From sequence record SRR31156797_2215: 64,000 nucleotides of DNA. The stretch is one strand, 5' to 3'. How positions within the stretch are numbered: position 1 is the first letter of the stretch; every line of letters begins with the position of its first letter. This document shows, one piece after another, positions 58,353 through 64,000 of the stretch. The notes under the pieces are model-generated. The model ran no database searches, was not told the DNA's origin, and saw nothing but the letters and a program-made list of their open reading frames with translations. Made by a program: the position numbers and the translations under genes.

Positions 58353-59282
58353 TCAGGTAAATGAATCAACCTGCTGCTTCATAAACTCTTCTATTTCACT
58401 TTTTAGTGGCATTCCTGTTTGAGCCCCCAGCTTTTGAACGGACAGACTAGCTCCATTATTCGCCATACAAACGGCTTCATAAAAATCGGCTCCTTCCCCT
58501 AAAGCTGCTGCCAAGATGCCATTAAAGGTATCCCCCGCACCGGTAGTGTCTACAACTGAAACTTTGTTCGATGGAATCGTCACAACTTGTGACTTTTCTA
58601 CAAATGTTACCCCTTTGCTTCCTCGTGTGACAACGATTCGCGTGTCATATTTTTTTTGCCAATCAGCCATGACCTGCTCAATTTCGTCTTCCAAAATGGC
58701 CTCTTTACCGATCAAAGCGGCAAATTCCGTTTCATTTGGTGTCAAAATATCAATATACGGCAGGAGTTCCGGTACGATTTCATTGTAAGGAGCAGGATTC
58801 AAAATCGTTAGAACTCCTTTTTTTTTGGCAAGAATCAATGCTTGTTTGATTGTTTCCACAGGAATTTCCAGTTGAGTAAGTAAGATATCCCCTTGTGAAA
58901 GTTCACTGATTGTTTGCTGAACGTAGGCTTCATCGATCAGTCCATTCGCACCGGGGACGACAGTGATACAATTATCCTCTGCTAATTTAAAAATACTCGC
59001 AATTCCTGTGAACATATTTTTTTCACGGGAAACAGCCGATAAATCGAGAGCTTCTCTGCTGAGGTGCTGAAAAACCTTTTCCCCAAAAGTATCTTCCCCG
59101 ATTTTCCCTAAAAATTTTGTTGATGCACCGTAACGAGAAGCTGCCACTGCTTGATTTGCTCCTTTGCCCCCGACAAAATAATCAATTTGCTCCCCAATGA
59201 TCGTTTCGCCGATCCTCGGCATTCGTGTTGTCGTGATCACGATATCCATGTTCACACTACCTAAAATCGTTATCTTACTCAA
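58353..59282 (-). CDS. rbsK: Ribokinase
   Basis: GSVNMD, GGKGANQAVA, QLEIP, NPAP, PNETE, DTTGAGDTF; TTG start after AGGTGA. Confidence 0.9.
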   Translation of the reverse strand: MSKITILGSVNMDIVITTTRMPRIGETIIGEQIDYFVGGKGANQAVAASRYGASTKFLGKIGEDTFGEKVFQHLSREALDLSAVSREKNMFTGIASIFKLAEDNCITVVPGANGLIDEAYVQQTISELSQGDILLTQLEIPVETIKQALILAKKKGVLTILNPAPYNEIVPELLPYIDILTPNETEFAALIGKEAILEDEIEQVMADWQKKYDTRIVVTRGSKGVTFVEKSQVVTIPSNKVSVVDTTGAGDTFNGILAAALGEGADFYEAVCMANNGASLSVQKLGAQTGMPLKSEIEEFMKQQVDSFT

Positions 59283-59286
59283 AAAA

Positions 59287-59781
59287 TCACCTATTTCTCT
59301 TGAATATATAAAAAGGACCAAAGGCTTCCCGACCCTCAATGGTCGTTTCACCAACCTTTAAAAACCCTGTTTTTACAAATAATCGTTGCATGGGCAGATT
59401 GGTATGATTTGTGATTGAAAGAAGTGTTTCCCCTTCATCACACTGTTGTTCCAAACAGCTTCTGATCCACTGGCGGCCAAAGCCTTGCCCCGCTTGAGAT
59501 GGTCTCGCAACGAGTCGCTGAATCGTTCTTATCCCATGATATTCTTTGCTACAATTTGACAATGAGTCAACTGACAAAACACCGGCACTTACAATGTTTT
59601 TATTTTCATCCTTCAACACAAACAGTTCCTTTTTCTCGATATCCTTCGCTAAGATTTCTAGGGAGGGATAAGTATCAGTCCACTGGTAGATTTTCCTTCT
59701 ATTCATCTGCTGCTTTGCTTCGATGAACATTTGAAAAATCTCTGCTAATTCTTGTCGTGACGCCCTTTGAAGTTCATTCAT
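59287..59781 (-). CDS. GNAT family acetyltransferase
   Basis: QW...YP, IQRLV......GQGFG, T...N.PM..LF.K.GF..VG. Confidence 0.75.
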   Translation of the reverse strand: MNELQRASRQELAEIFQMFIEAKQQMNRRKIYQWTDTYPSLEILAKDIEKKELFVLKDENKNIVSAGVLSVDSLSNCSKEYHGIRTIQRLVARPSQAGQGFGRQWIRSCLEQQCDEGETLLSITNHTNLPMQRLFVKTGFLKVGETTIEGREAFGPFYIFKRNR

Positions 59782-59785
59782 GACT

Positions 59786-61156
59786 CTAGTAAGGGAGCAA
59801 TACCAACGACAAAATGACCACTGCTATAATCCCAACGATCGTTGGAACGCTGGTTCGTTTCAGTAACCGAACAGGGCTGACGTCGATTGAAGAAGACACA
59901 ATCATAATTACAGCGGCAACTGGTGAGATCGTTCTGCCAAGATTGGCGATCATCTGCATTGGCAAGGCGATCAAAATCCCGTCAATTCCCGCTTTAGCGG
60001 CAATATCGGGAATCAGTTCAATCACAGCGTAAAACATCGCCAATCCTCCGCCACTCAAAATACCGAACAATGCGGTTGCGCCGCTGAATATCAATGCCGT
60101 TAACACGCCAGCAGATTGAGAATTTTCTACCGCACTCATTAGTGAATCAATCACTCCTAAGCTTTGGATAGCTGTGGTAAATAATGATCCACCCACAACC
60201 AACATGACTACTTGACTAAACCCTTGTCCCATTCCTTTGAATAGTTCCACTGCACTTTCTTGCGCGATTTTGAAAGATTTCTTTCTCAAACATTCAATCA
60301 GTAATGCGACAAAAAAGGAAATCATCGTTAGGACGAAAATATCCATTGTTACACCTTCTTTGAATATACCGATTATACCAACGATAATGATCAACACCAA
60401 AGGAAGTAGTGGTAAAATTGCATAAAATCCAGGAACAGCCGTTTCTTCTGACTTACTTTCAATTTCTTTTAGTTCTACAAAGGCATCTTTGCCTTCTTTT
60501 TTATCACAATACGTTTGCCAAAAGTAATGAACAATGGCCATGATCAGCAATGTTGGGATGGAAATTTTCGCATGGTACAGAACATAAGTTAAGATGTTGT
60601 AATTCAATGTCTGAGCCGCAATCACATTATCCGCACCTAATGGCGTCGGCATGATCGTGGCAGTCATTGCGATAACTCCGGCTGCTGTTAAGGAAGAGAT
60701 ACCAATCCCTTGAAGCAGTGGATAAAGGATTGCCATCAAAATTATTGCCAAACTAGATGCACTTGGGACGACTAACGACATCAAATTCCCTAATAAGAAA
60801 ACGATCGGAATAAATAATGCCTTAGACTTGATTTTGGTCATTGGCTGAACCAGGATATTGACAGCTTTTTGATTGGCACCAATGAGATTCATATAACCTG
60901 AATATCCGAATAAGATCATGATCACTAGACCAGCAGAACTTACTTGAGAGATGATCGTATCTTTAAGCTTTAAAAAAATATCGAATAAGGCCAAGCCAGT
61001 CCCTTCGCCTTCTGGGTAAAGCGGATTTCCTAAAGCAACGGATGCACAAAGCAAGACAAGTGCCCCAATAATCAAAATCAATGCTGGATTATAACTCTTA
61101 ATAATAAAATATCCGACGATCCCCAAAACAACGAGTACTAAAATCGCTTCTATCAT
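59786..61156 (-). CDS. DcuC/DcuD-family (ion transporter superfamily) permease
   Basis: GL.IM..GY..YM..IGA, SASSL, P.FYAILP.LP, GMG, GR.ISPV, KRTSVP. Confidence 0.85.
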   Translation of the reverse strand: MIEAILVLVVLGIVGYFIIKSYNPALILIIGALVLLCASVALGNPLYPEGEGTGLALFDIFLKLKDTIISQVSSAGLVIMILFGYSGYMNLIGANQKAVNILVQPMTKIKSKALFIPIVFLLGNLMSLVVPSASSLAIILMAILYPLLQGIGISSLTAAGVIAMTATIMPTPLGADNVIAAQTLNYNILTYVLYHAKISIPTLLIMAIVHYFWQTYCDKKEGKDAFVELKEIESKSEETAVPGFYAILPLLPLVLIIIVGIIGIFKEGVTMDIFVLTMISFFVALLIECLRKKSFKIAQESAVELFKGMGQGFSQVVMLVVGGSLFTTAIQSLGVIDSLMSAVENSQSAGVLTALIFSGATALFGILSGGGLAMFYAVIELIPDIAAKAGIDGILIALPMQMIANLGRTISPVAAVIMIVSSSIDVSPVRLLKRTSVPTIVGIIAVVILSLVLLPY

Positions 61157-61168
61157 TTCTTTCCCCTC

Positions 61169-62089
61169 CTATTTACACTTGCTGATTGCCTGTAAAAACC
61201 ATTCTTTAAAGAGCGCTTCATCGATATCGACACAAACACGGCAATTGTTTTTCTGCTTCAGACGATTGTTGAGATCGACAATTGTCGCACCTGCTGTGTA
61301 GGCTCCTTGTGTTTCGATCGCAACAAAAGTCTCTTGAACAGTGAACATCTCTGGACACAAAAGATAAGCGATCGCGCAACTGTCATACATTTTCAGTCCC
61401 GTGCCAAAACTGCCACCACGGTATTTTTTGAATAATTGAACCATCATATCTCCGGTTTGATTCATTTCTTTGATTTTTGCACTGTCTTCTGGGTAAACAA
61501 GCGCTTTGGCGCCCACATCTAATGGTGCTACAGAAAGTGGTAAGCCGCTCTCAAAAACAATCGTTGCAGCCTCGGGGTCAATCGCAATATTGAACTCTGA
61601 CAATACACCAAAGTTTCCTCTGCCTAAGGCTCCGCCCATTAAAACGATCTCATCGATTTTTTCTTTGACTTCTGGATAAATCTTAAGTAAAAGAGCAATA
61701 TTCGTTAGAGGACCTAATGCGACAATTGTGATTTTTTCTTTATTCTTTTTGATCGTTTGATACATCGCTTCCACAGCTGAAGTTTCCAGCAGCAATGAAC
61801 GATCTGGTTCTGGAAATGAATAGCCGGCCATTCCTGTGACCCCATGAACATCGCTGGCATCTTTGACTGCTCGCGTTAGTGGCTGAGATGCACCTTGTGC
61901 TGCTGGAATCGACAAATCCCAAAAGGAAAGCAGTTTCAGTAAATTATTGGTGACATGTTCAATACCGACATTTCCGGCCACTGTCGTGATCAACTTGACC
62001 TCCAAGACTTCACTAAATAGAGCAATTCCCAACGCAACTGCATCATCGATCCCCGGATCCGTATCAATAATGACTTCTTTTTTTGACAT
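61169..62089 (-). CDS. rihC: Ribonucleoside hydrolase, RihC-like
   Basis: IIDTDPGIDD, GNV, HG..G, GPLTN, MGG, EFNI..DPEAA, GL.MYD. Confidence 0.8.
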   Translation of the reverse strand: MSKKEVIIDTDPGIDDAVALGIALFSEVLEVKLITTVAGNVGIEHVTNNLLKLLSFWDLSIPAAQGASQPLTRAVKDASDVHGVTGMAGYSFPEPDRSLLLETSAVEAMYQTIKKNKEKITIVALGPLTNIALLLKIYPEVKEKIDEIVLMGGALGRGNFGVLSEFNIAIDPEAATIVFESGLPLSVAPLDVGAKALVYPEDSAKIKEMNQTGDMMVQLFKKYRGGSFGTGLKMYDSCAIAYLLCPEMFTVQETFVAIETQGAYTAGATIVDLNNRLKQKNNCRVCVDIDEALFKEWFLQAISKCK

Positions 62090-62109
62090 ACGTATTCTCC
62101 TCTCACCTT

Positions 62110-62211
62110 TGATAAAACGTTTTATCATTTTTCTAAAAAAAAGCGAACATCTGATAAAGCGTTTTATCTAATGTTCACACAAAGAATAGCATCGTTTTAA
62201 AGCGCTGTCAA
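62110..62211 (-). promoter_or_regulatory. Promoter and tandem LacI (RbsR-type) operators of the nucleoside operon
   Basis: Perfect 18-bp TGATAAAACGTTTTATCA (62110-27), TGATAAAGCGTTTTATC (62152-68), TTGACA-17-TATTCT on minus with cre-like TGACAGCGCTTTAA over the -35. Confidence 0.8.
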
Positions 62212-62230
62212 TAGTAAAAAAAGAGTTTCG

Positions 62231-63244
62231 CTAGGAAACTCTTTCAGTCACACTGTTCTTTTTTATCAATCTAGGTGTCAATTGGACGTAACGTGGCTTC
62301 TGTCCGCTGATTGCATTCATCAAGGCAAGAACCGTTTTTTCACCTAAATCATTTACATCTTGTTCCACAGACGTTAGAGATACTTCTAAAAGATCATTCA
62401 AAACAAGATTGTCGTATCCTACGATCGAAACATCCTCTGGAACCTTGATTCCTAGTTCTTTGGCACGCTTCATAATTCCCAATGCAATCAAGTCGTTGCC
62501 AGCAACAATGCCGGTTACATCTCGGTTTTTTAGGAGAATGTCTGCTTTTTCATAGGCGTCTTCAAATTGGAACTTTGTTACCACATGCCAACTGTCTTTT
62601 CGTTGGAGATTGAATTCCTTCAGCGCATCTAAATAGCCTTGGTATCGATACACACAATTGATATTTTTATCAGGGTTCATCATCGTGCCGATCTTTTTGT
62701 GTCCTTTTTTTATTAGCTCACTGGTAGCAATATATCCCCCATGCCGATTATTATAAAAGACTTGATCGACCTCAAAGTTATCTATTCCTCTATCAACCAA
62801 AACGATTGGAACCGAAAGATTCTTCAATCGTTCTTTGGTTTGTACCTCATCCGCGTAGGATTCGGTTGAAAGGGCGATGATCAACGCATCAACGTTGCGG
62901 TCAATCAGGAGCTGAATCAATTCCTTCTCAACGTCAACTTTATCATCTGAGTTGACCAAAATCAGCAGATACCCCTGTTTTCGCAGCAAATCTTCTAAGA
63001 CCTTGGCCAAGTTGGCAAAAAAAGGATTGTTGATATCTGGGATGATCAGTCCGATCGTATTGGTTTTTTTCAAAACCAGGCTTTTAGCCGCAGCATTCGG
63101 CGTATAATTGTTTTCTGCCGCCAAGCGCTTGATTTGCTGTTTTTTTTCTTCTGTGATCCGAATCGGTTTGTCATTTAACACTTGAGAAACGGCTGCGATC
63201 GATACACCTACTTCTTTTGCAATGTCTTTTAATCTGACTTTCAC
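62231..63244 (-). CDS. LacI family regulator (RbsR/PurR-like)
   Basis: LKDIAKEVGVSIAAVS, YTPN..A.SL, IIPDINNPFF, VPEDVSIVGYD; GTG start. Confidence 0.92.
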   Translation of the reverse strand: MKVRLKDIAKEVGVSIAAVSQVLNDKPIRITEEKKQQIKRLAAENNYTPNAAAKSLVLKKTNTIGLIIPDINNPFFANLAKVLEDLLRKQGYLLILVNSDDKVDVEKELIQLLIDRNVDALIIALSTESYADEVQTKERLKNLSVPIVLVDRGIDNFEVDQVFYNNRHGGYIATSELIKKGHKKIGTMMNPDKNINCVYRYQGYLDALKEFNLQRKDSWHVVTKFQFEDAYEKADILLKNRDVTGIVAGNDLIALGIMKRAKELGIKVPEDVSIVGYDNLVLNDLLEVSLTSVEQDVNDLGEKTVLALMNAISGQKPRYVQLTPRLIKKNSVTERVS

Positions 63245-63395
63245 TGAATACCCCTTTCGCTTTCCTAATTTTGTAAATGAACCAAGCACTCAATCTTATG
63301 TTTTCAGTAAATCCTTTTTATACTGCTGAAAAAACGGATTTGAGAATTAGACAAAGATGATTGATTAAAGATTATACTGTTTTTTTGAATTCCTC

Positions 63396-64000
63396 TTAGA
63401 TGTTCCACCTCACCCAATCAGCAAACAATTCTGGCCAACGGACAACCGATGCTTCGATCCCGTGTTGATTGCCGTTGGCGGTTTCCGGTGTTCCTAAACT
63501 TAGTCCATGACCACCGCGAGGGAAAATGTGCAGCTCATAAGGTATATTAAATTTGCGCAGCTGTTCGGCAAAAAGGAGGCTGTTTTCCGCCAAGACTAAT
63601 CCATCTTCTAACGTATGCCAAAGAAACGTCGGAGGTGTCTGTTCATTGACTAAAGTCTCTAAAGACAAAGCCGCTTTTTCTGTTTCATAGCGATCTGCTA
63701 ATAATGAACGGAAGGAATCTTGGTGCCCAAGTTCACCACTAGATAAGACCGGATAACTCAACAGTAACCCGTTAGGTCGCCATTCTTCATTGGCTCCTTG
63801 TAAAGCCTCTGCTAGAAAAGGTTGCTGCCAAGACACACCCAGATTAGCAGCTAAGTGACCACCAGCTGAAAAACCGGCAACAATGATTTTTTCAGGATCG
63901 ACGTGCCAGACCTCATGATTGGTGCGCACAAGACGAACGGCAGCCGCCAATTCCTTTAAGGCTAACGGATAGACAGCCGGTTTGATACTATAATGCAACA
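63396..64000 (-). CDS. Alpha/beta hydrolase (acetyl-esterase/lipase, BD-FAE-like), 5' end outside window
   Basis: GFSAGG nucleophile elbow, PPTFLWHT.ED, HIFP.G.HG. Confidence 0.85.
   Translation of the reverse strand, partial: LHYSIKPAVYPLALKELAAAVRLVRTNHEVWHVDPEKIIVAGFSAGGHLAANLGVSWQQPFLAEALQGANEEWRPNGLLLSYPVLSSGELGHQDSFRSLLADRYETEKAALSLETLVNEQTPPTFLWHTLEDGLVLAENSLLFAEQLRKFNIPYELHIFPRGGHGLSLGTPETANGNQHGIEASVVRWPELFADWVRWNI

Noticed and set aside
62139-62151. PurBox-like AAAAGCGAACATC between the two LacI operators
   Set aside because: Two mismatches to the consensus and it abuts the second operator; too weak to call.
42600-63300. Genomic island call for the run of catabolic operons
   Set aside because: Looks somewhat more AT-rich by eye, but no integrase, tRNA, IS or direct repeats, and composition could not be computed.
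1-64000. Many antisense or overlapping ORFs of 60-160 aa in the track (e.g. 1929-2417, 33036-33356, 55792-56184)
   Set aside because: They lie opposite or out of frame within well-supported genes, with no RBS or motifs; shadow ORFs.

Overview
Chromosomal segment of a Lactobacillales genome, most likely Enterococcus of the casseliflavus/gallinarum type (inferred from the pta/ung/tsaE and pncB-nadE synteny, efrCD-like proteins and an apparently moderate GC content; not confirmed). About 65 CDSs, mostly on the minus strand. No rRNA, tRNA, CRISPR, IS, integrase or phage genes were recognised. The left part is housekeeping (tsaE, pta, ung, nrdI, LTA synthase, nadE, pncB). The right two-thirds is rich in accessory catabolic modules: a PTS IIBCA/ManD-like dehydratase pair next to uxuB-uxuA-uxaC, guaD plus permease, a Lac/Cel-family PTS operon carrying a tyrosine-phosphatase-fold enzyme instead of a glycosidase, a two-GH65 sugar ABC operon, and a nucleoside hydrolase/DcuC-like/GNAT/ribokinase operon. 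The best candidate for an undescribed system is a stand-alone RNHCP zinc-finger gene (32369-32686). It sits behind a ~290-nt structured leader with two coupled uORFs and a strong hairpin over its Shine-Dalgarno, which looks like a ribosome-stalling translational attenuator. Also notable are a divergent TsaC/Sua5 paralog, a TipAL/TipAS-like internal start in a MerR gene, and an alkyltransferase-like gene coupled to a GntR regulator. All functional calls come from motif recognition by eye; no database search or folding was run.
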